64,000 nt of DNA from the human T2T-CHM13v2.0 reference genome, Homo sapiens. The DNA is taken from assembly GCF_009914755.1 (NCBI RefSeq), contig NC_060926.1. The stretch is one strand, 5' to 3'. Positions 1-18,774 of this stretch are shown in pieces. The notes under the pieces were generated by a model. That model saw nothing but the letters and a program-made list of their open reading frames with translations, was not told the origin of the DNA and searched no databases. The position numbers were made by a program, and so were the translations under genes. Position 1 is the stretch's first letter. Each line of letters opens with the position of its first letter.

Positions 1-4219
<4,219 letters not shown>

Positions 4220-4359
4220 TAGGATCTGGGGACATACATCTAAGAACTGAATTCTTGGGAGTGGTGACTTCTCCTAAGGAGCGTAGGGAGAAAAAAGGGG
4301 AGAACATTTGATTAAGTTTTGAGGAAAGACTGTTAACTGGGGTCAGGAGGAGTGATAAC

Positions 4360-4535
4360 ATTATTAATAACAAAATATTTGCTAAAATATACTTTCCACC
4401 TTCTATGGGCTAGGCACTATGGTAGGAGTTTCACAAATATTTTCTTTTTTAATTATCAGGCAACCTTGTATTATTACTTACATTTAAGGGTAAGGAAATT
4501 GAGGCCTAGCAAAGTCAACCAGTTGGTCCAGATGT
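4360..4535 (-). mobile_element. MIR SINE fragment
   Basis: Degenerate reverse-complement MIR core 'catttaagggtaaggaaattgaggcctagcaaagtcaacc'. Confidence 0.6.
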
Positions 4536-5495
4536 GGATAATTTTAAGCACAAGGTAGACAACTATGAAGCACAGTAATAATGCAGTCACGTCCAACCAC
4601 TTACTGACATCTCTCCCCATGGAGATTGCCAGCCTTTAGAAAAGCACTGTATTACCTGCAGAACTAAACCAAATTTTAAAAGCCCTTGTAGATCATTTAA
4701 ATGTCAAACTCCAGCTTTGCAGAAGCAACAAACCTGATTCTTAGCCACCTATATCTCCCTCCCAAAATGTTGGTTCAATTATTGCAATTTGGTATTATAA
4801 ACCCATTTATCACCTCATCATCAAGGGATCATCATTTGAGTCCTTTCTTGGCTAAATTCTAGGGACTAGATATTTCACCAAGGACTATTAACATTCATCT
4901 GCATCTATAAGATAAGACCTTATCATTGTATAGTGTTATTATAACACCTGTCTTTTGAGTTAAAATAAACCAACTGTTGTTTAGGTGGCAGGTTTCTTGG
5001 ATTGTTGCAGGTATTCTGGAGAAATTTATTAGAAAATAATAGCTACCACATACAGTGTTATATGGGGAGAGGCTTCAGCAGGATACAAGTTAGGAGAGGG
5101 TGCATGAGGCCAGGGACACTATCCAGGACAGCCTTCTCCTGTTGGGCAGAGGTCACCAGCCATCCTCTTGATGTCTGCTCTTCGAGTCTAGGTATGGTCC
5201 TGGTCCAAAAAGCTGTGGTCTCAGGATCTAAAGCATGGAAATCTATGTATGAAAATGAACTAACTAATTTGTCCTAAGAGACGTCCGGAGGTGGGAGGCA
5301 CTCAGGGTATATGCTAATCCAATAATGATAGTGGTTTTTTTTAAGTTTGATTTGCCATATGAAGTGAATGGTACTCAGAGATATGAAGAATTCTGCTCAG
5401 AAACAAATCTTGTTACACAAAATTGGGTATTAGAACAAGACTTCCTAACTTCCCAGTTCTCTGTCTATGCCATCTTGTCACATAATTTCTACTGC

Positions 5496-5809
5496 TTTTC
5501 TTTTCTTTTTTTTTTTTTGTGGGGGATGGAGTTTCGCTTTTGTTTCCCAAGCCGTAGTACAGTGGCCCGACCTGGGCTCACCACAACCTCTGCCTCCCAG
5601 GTTCAAGAGATTCTCCTGCCTCATCCTTCTGAGTAGTTGGGATTACAGGCATGTGCCACCATGCCTGGCTAATTTTGTAATTTTTTTTTAATAGAGACAG
5701 GGTTTCTCCATGTTGGTCAGGCTGGTCTCGAACTCCCGACCTCAGGTGATCTGCTCTCCTCGGCCTCCCAAAGTGCTGGGATTACAGACATGAGCTACTG
5801 CACCCAGCC
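5496..5809 (-). mobile_element. Alu, AluSp-like
   Basis: Poly-T then full dimeric Alu; 'gagtttcgct' and 'tttctccatgttggtcagg' diagnostics. Confidence 0.93.
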
Positions 5810-6334
5810 CTGTTTTCCAAAAGATTTGATGAAACAAAAATCTACTTTATACAAGGAATTTGAATGAGCCCTGGAGGTCTGTTATAATAGAAGATCTCAG
5901 AAAGAGAGGATGTTTGAATTGTTGCTATTTGGGGTTAGATTTAAGGAAAGATAATTTCGTCAATGCCATGAACAAAACAGTTACACTGTGACCAAATGAA
6001 AATATATTTCATCTCCTAATGGTTCCATCATTGGTCTCTCACTGGGGTCCAGGGGTGTCTTCAGGCCACCATTTTATTCTGAACGCCTTGACAGTCAGTC
6101 TGGCCTATTAGCTTACTCTTACCTCTGCTATGGAGGATGCAGAGGTGAAGCTATCTTCCTCTGCCATTTGCTGCATAACTACAAGATAACCTCTTCACTA
6201 AAGGAAGCTGGTATTGGCTTGCCTCAAGGATAAGGACTCATAATTTAACACTCGCATTTCAGATTTCATGACTTTTGTTGTTGTAGGCTGCTTGAAGATT
6301 CAAACTCAAGACTTTTGATTATCTCTGAGAGGAC

Positions 6335-6510
6335 ACATTGTGTAGAAGAAAGAATATGACCTGGAGTCATTAGTGCTTCTTACTATCTGGTTGTCCTTCG
6401 GGATGTTATTTGGATCTCTGAATATTTATAATAGGGATAATAATACATGCAATAATAGAGGATTAAATAAGATTATGTATGTAAAGATCCTAGCAGTATT
6501 TGGTATGTAT
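6335..6510 (+). mobile_element. MIR SINE
   Basis: 'taatagggataataatac...gaggattaaataagattatgtatgtaaag' matches the MIR core and 3' region. Confidence 0.6.
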
Positions 6511-6839
6511 GTGTAACACAATCTTTTTGTCCTCCAACGTTGTAAAACATCAACTTGTGGAAATTATTTAATTATCTCACCCACTTTCACATGTAAAGTA
6601 AAAAAGAGGTTTAAATATTTTAAACCTGATCAGAATGAAAATATTTCCATTAGATTTTTTTCCTTGATAATGATAGGATGACTGGTTATACTGGCAATTT
6701 TCTGGTTGACATCAGGGCTGATCTGAGGCCAGAGAACAGGAATAGGAAGAAGAGACTACGCAAGTTACATCTGTGATATCAATCAGGGATCACATTGAGA
6801 AATAAGAGATCTTTTGGGGCTGAGGTCCAAATACAACAT

Positions 6840-6925
6840 TTAATCATTCCTTCAGCAATTATTTATTGAGCATTTTCTATAGCCTAACCTCTAGACTTGA
6901 TACTGGAGCTATAGTCACAAGTAAG
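6840..6925 (-). mobile_element. L2 3' end, interrupted by the following MLT1 LTR (resumes about 7365-7400)
   Basis: 'cattccttcagcaattatttattgagcattttcta'; continuation 'cctgaccccaagaaacttagaatcttgtgg'. Confidence 0.55.
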
Positions 6926-7362
6926 TAAGGTTAATTGCTAAATTGCCTTTAATTTTCACTCTTCTTTGTATCTATACCTTTTGCAGTGGGACCTGGTGGC
7001 TATAAAATGGTGAATATTTGTTTACATCTTGAATCTGATCTCATCTTGGGACTTGCTTAGGTCAACAGAGTACAGCAAAGGTGACAATGTGCTAGGTAAT
7101 CTTAAGCCTAGGCCTTAAAAGGCCTTGCCACCATCCCCTTGCTGGAGGATGAGTGACCATGTGGAGAGAAACAAGGATATCCCAGCCTATAGGCACTGAA
7201 CTTCCAGACCAGAGCTGCTCAGCTGACCTGCAGCTGACTACAGATGTCTAACGGAGACCAGCTGACAGCAGAAGAACTGCCCACTGACTTGTAGGATTAT
7301 GAGCTGTTGCTTAAAGCTATTAAGTTTTGGTGTGGTTTACTATGTAGCGAGAGCAAACTGAT
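6926..7362 (+). mobile_element. ERVL-MaLR solo LTR, MLT1G/H-like
   Basis: 'aagcctaggccttaaaaggccttg', 'cagctgacctgcagctgac', 3' end 'taagttttggtgtggtttactatgtagc...aaactgat'. Confidence 0.7.
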
Positions 7363-8299
7363 CCTTAATTCCTGACCCCAAGAAACTTAGAATCTTGTGG
7401 CTGCAGAAGCCAAACACAGGTTTTCAGAAAAAGAAAACTCTTCTCTAGTCTCTTAGAAGACAATATAGAGCCAAAGCACTTTCCTGATGAAATATTCAAT
7501 GGCCAAGCTGTTTGGTGTGATCAAATCAAGGAAACATGCATAGGCTGAGTAAAAATGTATTCTTCTTTTACAAGGACAGAAGGCAGAAGAAATGCTCTAA
7601 AAGAAGGAAACTTTAGAGCATGTCACATTATTAAGTGTCCCTTAGTGTGTTCTTGGTAATATTCTTGCAACCAGGTGGTGCTTGTGGGTATAATTTCAGA
7701 ACTGTGGCCCAGGTCTCTTGATCCCAACATGAAGTGAGTGCTGCTCTCTCTGGTGTTAGTTGAACCGCAAGATCTGGAGATTTTCTTCATAAGCTTGCAT
7801 TATGAATTTTAAGTGCTGTAGCAAGTTTTTTTTTTTGAAAGAAGACAGGACATTTCAAATTAATTTAAATTCAATTAATTTTTGAAGTAGCATATTTTGA
7901 TCCTTATGATAGTTCAATATACACATTAAGTCTACTCCAAAGATGGCCTGATTTCCTAATAATATCCCAGATATTGTAGCTCCTCTCTAATTCATGGAAT
8001 TGGGTCAATTTGATTTCTGGGGAGCAGCATCCAAAGCCTACTGTAATACTACAGCCCCATTGTGATAGAAAAGTTCAGATAATAAGAAAGTGGATGATTG
8101 AGGTTGAGATTTTCATTTAATGGGGATTTTCATTTTTAATAGTGTTTTTGTTTAAGCATTTGGCCAATATAACAATTTCAAGGCTCAAATTCTCTTTCAT
8201 TTGAATGTTAAATTGCTCTGTACTTTGTTTAAATATTACTGTTACTACTACTACCTCCACCACACACACCCTCCCACACACCCCCCCCACACACCTGCT

Positions 8300-8515
8300 G
8301 TTTACCACATTGATATTCTTATGCTGTTTACATACTATCTCATTTATCCTTATAATAAACTCTTGAGGTTGATATAGTATTATTATTACCATTTTGCAGA
8401 GGAAATTGAGGTATAGAATTATTTAGAAACTTAGAATTACGCAGCTAATAAGAGTATGCATCTATGTGTGAAGTCAGGATTCCTGGGTCTAAGTTCAGTT
8501 TTCTTCCCACTATAC
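8300..8515 (-). mobile_element. MIR SINE
   Basis: 'tattattattaccattttgcagaggaaattgagg'. Confidence 0.65.
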
Positions 8516-8559
8516 TGTTACTCCCCTGTTTGAAATCCATTAAATGTTTTCCTTTGTAT

Positions 8560-8890
8560 AAAGAGCAAAATCAACCTCCTCATGAAGGCTTCACAAATTC
8601 TGTATCATCTGGCTTCTGACTTCATCTTGTATCACTTTCTCCCTGGCTCACCAAATTTCAGTCAGCTCCCTGTCATTTAAAAGAACAGTCTACATAAGTA
8701 TTTTCTTTAGCTTCTGCTTTATATGAACATGGGTCCTTCTTACCCATAAGGAGGACATCATCTCCTTTGAGAAGAGATACCTGAATGCACCAGCTAATGC
8801 AGATCCCTCCTTTGGAATTCCAGCACTATTTGTTACTTTCATAGAATTAGGTGTGACTATAACTTGCTTACTGGTTCAATTACTTATATA
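8560..8890 (+). mobile_element. L2 fragment
   Basis: Degenerate L2 3' region ('caaaatcaacctcctcatgaaggcttcac...catctggcttctgac'). Confidence 0.45.
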
Positions 8891-8894
8891 CGGC

Positions 8895-9035
8895 ATTTTT
8901 CAATCCTCAAAATTTCGATGCGGTAGATGTTAATATGATTCTCAATTTGTAGATGAGGAGAAAAGGTGGAGGAGCTTAAGAACTTCGTCAATAATACATA
9001 GTAAGTAACAGAAATCAAATCTGAATGCTGATCTT
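8895..9035 (-). mobile_element. MIR SINE fragment
   Basis: 'ctcaatttgtagatgaggag...ttaagaacttcgtcaa...agtaagtaacaga'. Confidence 0.55.
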
Positions 9036-11560
9036 TTTCATTATAGAGCTGAGAATCTTTGCCGTTGTGTTGCTGTCACAGCTTGCCAACTTTGGAGCAT
9101 TTCTTTTTGAAAAATTTTTGTGAGTGCATAGTAGGCATATATATTTATGGGGTATATGAAATGTTTTGATATAGGCATACAATGCATAATAATCACATCA
9201 GGGTAAATGGGGTATAGATCACCGCAAGCATTTATCATTTCTTTGTGTTACAAACCATTTAGTTATATTTTTATTTTAAAATGTACAATAAATTAATGTT
9301 GTCTCTATTTACCCTGTTGCACTATCAAATACTAAATCTTATGCATTCTATCTAACTGTACTTTCATGCCCATTAGTCATCCCCACTCCCCTCCCCCACC
9401 CTCTACACTTACCAGCTTCTGGTTACCATCATTCTATCTGTATCTCTGTGAATTCAATTGTTTTAATTTTTAGCTTCCACAAGTAAGTGAGAACATGTGA
9501 AGTTTGTCTTTCTGTGCCAGGCTATTTCACTTAACATAATGGCTTCTGGTTCTACCCATATTGTTGCAAATGACGGGATCTCATTCTTTTTTTATGGCTG
9601 AATAGTTCTCCATTGTGTATATATACCACATTTTCTTTATCCATTTGTTTGTTCACGGACACTTAGATTGCTTCCAAATTTTGACTACTGTGCATAGTGC
9701 TGTAATAAACATGGGGATGCAGAGATCTCTTTGACATACTGATTTCCTTTCTTTTGGGTGTATGCTTAGCTGTGGGATTGCTTGATCATAAGGTAGCTCT
9801 ATTTTTATAGTTTTCTGAGGAACCTCCAAACTGCTCTCCCTGGTAATTGTACTAATTGACATTCCCACCAACACTGTACATGTGTTCCCTTTTCTCCACA
9901 TCCCTGCCAGCATTAGTTATTGGCTATTTTTGGATATAATCCATTTTAACTGGGGTGAGATAATATCTTACTGTAGTTTTGATTTGCATTTTTCTGATGA
10001 TCAATAATGTTGAGCACCTTTTCATATGCCTGTTTGCCATTTGTGTGTCTTCTTTTTAGAAATGTCTATTTAGATCTTTTGTCAATTTTAAAATCAGATC
10101 ATTAGATTTTTTTCTGTAGAGTTGTTTGAGATCTTTGTATATTCTGGTTATTAATTCCTTGTCAAATGGATAGTTTGCAAATATTTTCTCCTATTCGATG
10201 GGTTGTCTCTTTACTTTCTTGATTGTTTCCTTTGCTGTTCAGGAGCTGTTTAACTTGTTGTGATCTGATTTGTCCATTTTTGCTTTGGTTTCCTGTGCTT
10301 GTGGGATATTACCCAAGAAATCTTTGCCCAGACCAATGTGCTGGAGAGTTTACCCAATGTTTCCTTGTAGTAGTTTCATAGTTTCAGGTATTAGATTTCA
10401 GTCTTTAATCCATTTTGGTTTGATTTTTGTTTATGGCAAGAGATAGGGGTGTAGTTTTATCATACATAAGAATGTCCAGTTTTCCCAGCACAATTTATTG
10501 AAGAGACTGTCCTTTCACCAGTGCATGTTTTTGGCAACTTTGTCTAAAATGTGTTCACTGTAGGTGTTTGGATTTACTTCTGGGTTCTCTATTCTACTCC
10601 ACTGGTATATGTTTCTGTTTCTATGCCAGTAACATGCTGTTTTGGTTAATATAGCTCTGTAGTATAATCTGCAGTCAGGTATCGTGATTCCTCTGGTTTT
10701 GTTCTTTTTGCTCAGGATACTTTTGGTTATTCTGGTCTTTGGTGGTTCTACATAAATTTTAGGATTTTTTTTTCTGTTTCTGTGAAGAATGCCATTGATA
10801 TTTTCATAGAGATTGCATTGAATTTGTAGATTCCTTTGGGCAGTGTGGACACTTTAACAATATGATTCACAATTCTTCCAATCTGTGAACATGAAATATT
10901 TTTCAATTTGTTGGTATCCTTTTTAATTTCCTTTATCAGTGTTTTATAGTTTTCATTGTCAAGATCTTTCACTTCTTTGGTGAAGTTAATTCCTAGATAT
11001 TTAACTTTACGTGTGGCTATTGTAAATGGGATTACTTTTTAATTTCTTTTTCACATTGTTTATTGTTGTCATACAGAAATGCTACTGATTTTTTATGCTG
11101 ATTTTGTATCTTGCAACTTTACAGAATTGTTTATCAGTCTACATAGTTTTTTGGTGGTTTTTCCAAATATAAGATCATATCATCTGCAAACAGGAAAAAT
11201 TTGACTTCTTCCTTTCCAATTTTGATGTCCTTTATTTGTTTCTCTTGTCTGATTGCTGTAGCTAGGACTTCCAGTACTATGTTGAATAACAGTGGTGTAC
11301 ATGGGTATTCTTGTTCCAGATCTTAGAGGAAAGGCTTTTAGTTTTTCCCCACTTAGTATGATACTAGCTGTGGGTCTGTAATATACGGCTCTTGTTGTGC
11401 TGAGGTACGTTGCTTCTCTACCCAGTTTTTTTAGTGTTTTTTTTTTATCATAAAGGTATGTTGAGTTTTATCAAATGCTTTTTCAGCATCAATTGAAATG
11501 ATTTTATGGTTTTTGTTTTTCATTCTGTTGATATGATGTATCACATTGATTGATTTGTGT

Positions 11561-11889
<329 letters not shown>

Positions 11890-12289
11890 TAAATCATCCT
11901 TCCATCCCTAGGATAAATTCTGCTTCATCTTATTGACTGACCTTTTTAATGTATTGTTGAATTCAGTTTGCTAATTTTTTTAAAAGAATTTTTGCATCAA
12001 TGTTTATAGAGACACTGACTTGTAGTTTTTTTTTTTTAATGTGTCTTTATCTGGTTTTGGTATCGGGGTAATACTGACTTTGTAGAATGAATATGGAAGA
12101 ATTCCCTCATTGTCTATTTTTTGGGATAGTTCAAGCAGGATTGGTATTAGTTCTTTAAGTGTTTGGTAGCATTCAGCAGTGAATTGCACTGGGTCCCAGG
12201 CTTTTCTTTGCTGGAAAACCTTCTATTACAGCTTTGATCTCATTACTTGTTATTGATCTGTTCAGGTTTTGGATTTCGTCATGGTTCAA

Positions 12290-12621
<332 letters not shown>

Positions 12622-13020
12622 ATCATGGTTCAATCTTGGTAGGTTATATGTGTGTAGGAATTTATCCATTTTTTTCTAGGTTTTCCAATTTTTTGGCATA
12701 TAGTTGCTCATAGTAGCCTCTAATTATCCTTTGAATTTCTGTGATATCAGGTATAATGTCTTTTTTTACATCTCTGATTTTGTTTATTTGGGTCTTCTCA
12801 CTTTTTTTCTCTTAGGTTGTCTGGCTAAAAGCTTGTTGGATTTTGTTTATATTTTCTTTTTATTGATATTTTCCATTGTTTTTTGTTTCAATTTTATTAG
12901 TTTTTGCTCTGATCTTTATTATTTCTTTCTTCTACTAATTTTGGGTATGATTTGCTCTTGCTTTTCTACTTCTTTGAGATGAATCATTAGGTTGTTTATT
13001 TGGGGCCTTTCTACTTTTTC

Positions 13021-13921
13021 TTTTTTTTCTTTATTATACTTTAAGTTTTAGGGTACATGTGCACATTGTGCAGGTTAGTTACATATGTATACATGTGCCA
13101 TGCTGGTGCACTGCACCCACTAACTCGTCATCTAGCATTAGATATATCTCCCAATGCTATCCCTCCCCCCTCCCCCCACCCCACAACAGTCCCCAGAGTG
13201 TGATATTCCCCTTCCTGTGTCCATGTGATCTCATTGTTCAATTCCCACCTATGAGTGAGAATATGCAGTGTTTGGTTTTTTGTTCTTGCGATAGTTTACT
13301 GAGAATGATGATTTCCAGTTTCATCCATGTCCCTACAAAGGACATGAACTCATCATTTTTTATGGCTGCATAGTATTCCATGGTGTATATGTGCCACATT
13401 TTCTTAATCCAGTCTATTATTGTTGGACATTTAGGTTGGTTCCAAGTCTTTGCTATTGTGAATAGTGCTGCAATAAACATACGTGTGCATGTGTCTTTAT
13501 AGCAGCATGATTTATAGTCCTTTGGGTATATACCCAGTAATGGGATGGCTGGGTCAAATGTTATTTCCAGTTCTAGATCCCTGAGGAATCGCCACACTGA
13601 CTTCCACAATGGTTGAACTAGTTTACAGTCCCACCAACAGTGTAAAAGTGTTCCTATTTCTCCACATCCTCTCCAGCACCTGTTGTTTCCTGACTTTTTA
13701 ATGATTGCCATTCTAACTGGTGTGAGATGGTATCTCATTGTGGTTTTGATTTGCATTTCTCTGATGGCCAGTGATGGTGAGCATTTTTTCCTGTGTTTTT
13801 TGGCTGCATAAATGTCTTCTTTTGAGAAGTGTCTGTTCATGTCCTTCACCCACTTTTTGATGGGGTTGTTTGCTTTTTCTTGTAAATTTGTTTGAGTTCA
13901 TTGTAGATTCTGGATATTAGC
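13021..13921 (-). mobile_element. 5'-truncated young L1, L1PA2-like, nested in the L1MA
   Basis: 3'UTR reverse complement 'gctagatgacgagttagtgggtgcag' (GAG type, not L1HS-Ta ACA); 11-bp TSD tctactttttc (13010-13020 / 13922-13932). Confidence 0.93.
13238..13849 (-). pseudogene. Open C-terminal fragment of L1 ORF2 (Cys-rich domain); cannot be expressed as ORF2 because of 5' truncation
   Basis: 203-aa ORF ...[18 protein letters not shown]...IFSLIGGN. Confidence 0.9.
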
Positions 13922-15973
13922 TCTACTTTTTCAATGTAGGTGTTTATAGGTGTAAACTATCGTCTTAGTACTGCTTTCATTGTATCCCAAAGGCTGTGGT
14001 ATGTTGTGTTTCCATTTTCATTGTTTCAAGAAATTTTAAGATTTCCTTCTTAGTTTCTTCATTGACCCACTGGTCATTCAGGATCATATTCTTTAATTTC
14101 CATGTGTTTGTATAGTTTCCAAAATTCCTCTTGTTATTGATCACTAATGTTATTCCATGTGGTCAGAGAAGGTACTTGAGATTAATGCAATTTTTAATGT
14201 TTAAAGACTTGTTTTGTGGTCTAACATATGTCTATCCTTGATAATGATCCATCTACTTAGGAGAATGTGCATTCTGCAGCCATTGGATGAAATGTTGTAT
14301 AAAAGTCTATTAGTTCCATTTAGTCTACAATGCAGATGAAGTCTCATGTTTCTTTGTTGAATTTCTGTCTAGAAGATCTGTCCAGTCCTTAAAGTGGGGA
14401 GTTGAAGTCTCCAGCTATTATTGTCTTGGGGTCCATCTCTGTCTTTAGCTCTAATAATGTTTGCTTTATATAACTGTGTGCTCCAGTGTTGGGTGCAAAT
14501 GTATTTACAATTGTTATATTCTTTTGATTAATTGATCCCTTTATCATTATATAATAACCTTATTTGTCTCTTTTTATACTTTTTCCTTGAACTCTATTTT
14601 GTGTGATGTAAGTATAGCTACTCCAGCTCTTTTCAGTTTCCATTTGGATGGAATATCTTTTTTCCATCCCTTTATTTTCAGTCCATGTGTGTCTTTGTAG
14701 GTGAAATGTGTTCTCGTAGACAACAGATGATTGGGTCTTTTTTTTTTTTTTAATCATTTCCATCACTCTATGTCTTTCAATTGGAGAGTTTAGTCCATTT
14801 ACATATTCAATGTTATTATTAATAAGTAAGAACTTACTTCTACCACGTTATTTTTTTCTGGTTCTTTTGTGGTCTCCTCCTCCTTCTTTTCTTCCTTCCT
14901 GTCTTCCATTTAGTGAAGATGATTTTCTCCGGTGGTGTGTTTTAATTTATTGAATTTTAGTTTTGTATGTGTATCTGTTGTGTGTTTTTTTGATTTTAGG
15001 TTACCATGACAGTTGCAAGTAATTTTATATTTTATTATTTTAAGCTAATAACAAGTTAACACTTATTGCGTAGACAAACAAACAAGCAGGCAAAGATAAA
15101 GCAAACAAAACCTCTACACTTTAACTTCATGCCTTCACTTTTTAACATTTTATTGTTTCAATTTTATCTTATTATACCATATCATACTATATCTTGAAAT
15201 GTTGTTGTACTTATTTTTGACAGGTCCATCTGTTAGTCTTTCTACTCAAGATATGAGTAGTTTACTTACCAAAATTATAATATTATAATATTCTGTGTTT
15301 TTCTGTCTACTTACTATTACCCATGAGTTTTGTACCTTCAGATGGATTTCTTATTGCTCATTAGTGTCCTTTTCCAGAACAGGCCTGGTGTTGAAGAAAT
15401 TCTCAGCTTTCATTTGTTTGGGAAATATTTCTCCTTCATATTTGAAGGATATTTTTGCTGGATATACTATTCTAGGATAAAATTATTTTTTCCTATCAGC
15501 ATTCTAATTTACACTAATAAGTCTGCTGCCAGATTATTGGACCTCCTTTGTATGTTATTTGTTTCTTTTCTATTGCTGCTTTTAGGATCCTTTCTTTATT
15601 CTTGCTGTTTGGGAATTTGATTGTTAAATGTCTTGAAGTAGTCTTATTTGGGTTCAATCGGTTTGGCATTTATAACCGTGTTGTACTTATATATTGCAAT
15701 CTTTCTCTAGGTTTGGGAAGTTCTCTGTTATTATCCCTTCAAATAAACTTTTTACTCTGATGTCTCTCTCTACACCCTCTTTAAGCCCAATAACTCTTGG
15801 ATTTGCTGTTTTCTAACTATTTGCTAGATCTTGTAGGTGTGCTTTATTTTTAAAAAATTCTTTTTTCTTTTGTATCCTCTGACTGTATATTTTCAAATAA
15901 CCTGTTTTCAAGCTCACGAAATCCTTCTTCTGCTTGCTTAATTCTGCATTAAGATACTCTGGTGCATTCTTCA

Positions 15974-16357
15974 AGTATTAGTTCAGTCTTGCATTGCCGT
16001 AAAGAACTACCAGAGACTGGTTTGTTTCTAAAGAAAAGAGGTTTAATAGACTCAAAGTTCCACAGGCTGTACACAATGCGTGGCTGGAGAGGCCTCAGGA
16101 AACTTACAATCCTGGCTGAAGGTGAAGGAGAATTGGGCACAGCTTGTATGGCTAGAGAAGGAGGAAGAGGGTGAAGGGGGAGGTGCTAAACACTTTTAAA
16201 CAATGAGATCTCATGAGAACTCACTCACTGTCACAAGAATAGCAAAAGGGAAATCCACCCCCATGATCCTATCACCTCCCACCAAGCCCCTCCTCTAACA
16301 TTGGACATTACAATTCAACATGAGATTTGGGTGGGGACACAAATCCAAAGCATATCA
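15974..16357 (-). mobile_element. MSTA-like MaLR solo LTR nested in the L1MA ORF1 region
   Basis: Reverse complement begins 'tgatatgctttggatttgtgtccccacccaaatctcatgttg'; 5-bp TSD cttca / tttca. Confidence 0.88.
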
Positions 16358-18774
16358 TTTCACTATGCTAATTGCATTTTTTAACTCCAGAATTTCTACT
16401 TGATTCTTTTAAATTATCTCTCTGTGTTAAATTTATCTGATAGAATTCGGAATTCCTTCTCTGTGTTATCCTGGATTTCACTGAACTTCATCAAAACAGC
16501 TATTTTGAATTATCTTTCTGAAAGTTCACATATCTCTGTCTCTCTAGGATTGGTAATTGGTGTCTTCTTTAGTTTGTTTGGTGAGTTCATGTTTTCCTGA
16601 ATGATCTTGATACTTGTGGATGTTCATCTGTGTCTTGGCATTGAAAAGTTAAGTATTTATTGTAGTCTTCACCGTCAGGGCTTGTTTGTACTCATCTGTC
16701 TTGGGAAGGCTTTCCTGGTATTTGAAGGGACTTTGGTGTTACAATCTAAGTTTTTGGTCTCTGCAGCTATGTATGCGTTAGGGGGCACTCCAAACCTCGT
16801 AATGCTGTGGCTATTACAGATGCATTGAGGTACTGCCTTGGTGGTCCTGGATAAGATATAGAAGAATTATCTAGTTTAGCTGGCAGACCTGAAGTCAGCA
16901 TAGCACTGGGTCTTGCCTAAGGCCTGTGATGGCCACTGTCTGGCTAGTACCTATCTTCAGTCAAGGCCCAAGGGTTCTATGATCAGCAGGTGGTGAATCC
17001 AGCCAGGCTTCTGTCTTTTCCTTCAGGATAACATGTTCCCTCTGGCCCAGGTAGGTCCATAGATATTATCTGGGAGCCAGGACCTAGAGTCAGGATCCTT
17101 AGGAATCTACCTGGTGCTCTATTCTACTGTGGCTGAGCTGGCACCCTTGCTGCAAGGCAAAGTCCTTCTCACTCTTTCTTCTCCTCTCCTCAAGCAGCAG
17201 TCTCTCCCCATGGTCACCAATGTCCCAGGCCTGTGGCCAGTACTGCCTTGCTACCAGCAGTGTTCACTCAAGGCACAAAGGCTCTTCAGTTAACTGAAAT
17301 ACTTTTAGGCATAGATCTCTCCCTACAGGGCAGTGGGCTCTCTTTTGGCTCAGGGAAAGTCCAGAAATGCTATCTCAGGGCCATGGCCTGGAATCAGGGA
17401 CCCCAGGAGCCTACTTGTTGCTCTACTTCACTGTGACCTAGCTCGTACTCAAGCTGCAAGACAAAATCCCCTTTACTTTTCCCTCTCTTTTTCTCAAGCA
17501 GAAGAATTCTCTCCTCATAACCAACACAGCTAGGAATGTGCTGGGTCACATCTGAAGCCAGCACAGCTCTGAATCTCACCCAAGGCCTGTGGCAAGTAGT
17601 GCTTGTCTACCCCTGTTGATTATTCACGGCCCAAAGATTCTTTAGTAAGCAGCTGATGAATCCTGTCAGGACTATATCCTTTCCTTCAAGGCAGTGGGTG
17701 ACCTTCTGGCCCAGAATATGTCTAGAAATGTCATACAGGAGCTGGAGCCTGGAATAGGGATTCTGCCTGGTGCCCTATTCTCCTGTGGTTGAACTGGTAT
17801 CCAAGTGGCCAGACAAAGCCTTCTTTACTTCCTTCTTTGAACTTCCTCAAAACAGCTATTTTTAATTATCTCTCTGAAAGGTCACATATCTCTGTCTCTC
17901 TAGGATTGGTCATTGGTGTCTTATTTAGTTTGTTTGGTGAGGTCATATTTTCCTGAATGGTCTTGACGCTTGTGGATGTTCATCTGTGTCTTGGTCCCCA
18001 CTTCTTTCCTCAAGTAGAAGGAAGGTGTCTCTCTTGGAGCTGCAAGCTCCGCTTCCTGGGGTTGGGGGAGTGGGTGACATAAGCATTCCCTTGGCTGCCC
18101 AGGCTGGAATCTCACTAGGTCTCATGCACCTCATTTCCACTGGCCCCGAGCTCAGCACAGTACCAGGACTTGCACAGGAATTGCAGTTCTTGTAGTCTAG
18201 ACTACTACAGGAAACTACCTTTCACATTTATTTAGGACTGTAGCCCATGGTGCAGGCCTTGCTGGAACTCAGATTCTGATGGCTGGGATTGATTATTTAC
18301 CTCTGGCTAGGGCTGGTCTAAATGCTTTCTCGGTAGGGGTTGGCTGAGTTCTGTCACATGTTGCTTTGTGCTGTGACAGGGCAGCACTGAATTCCAAAAC
18401 AAAGTCCCACAATCACTGTGCTCTACCTCCCACAAACACATAGATTCTCCATGACACACAGCCACTGCCAGGGGATGGGAGAGGGGTGGTGCTGGCGATT
18501 CAAGGCTGTCTTTCCTACTCTGTTCTTTGCCTCCTTCTTTAATATGATGTTAAAACCCGGTACTATGATTGCTCACCTGATTTTTGGTTCTCATATAGGT
18601 GCCTTTTTGTGTGGATAATTTGGTGTTCCTGCCTGGGGGACGATCACTGGAGGCTTGCATTCAGTCATCTTGCTCTGCCTCTGTCTGGAAAATTTCTTTT
18701 TATTGGTAATATCGTTCTTTACTTTGATTTTTTTCTTTAGTTCCCCAGATCCTTGAATGTTTTCCTTCTATTAT

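Noticed and set aside
16890-18030. About 300-bp degenerate tandem monomers as a novel array
   Set aside because: Consistent with the repeated 5'UTR structure of old L1M elements.
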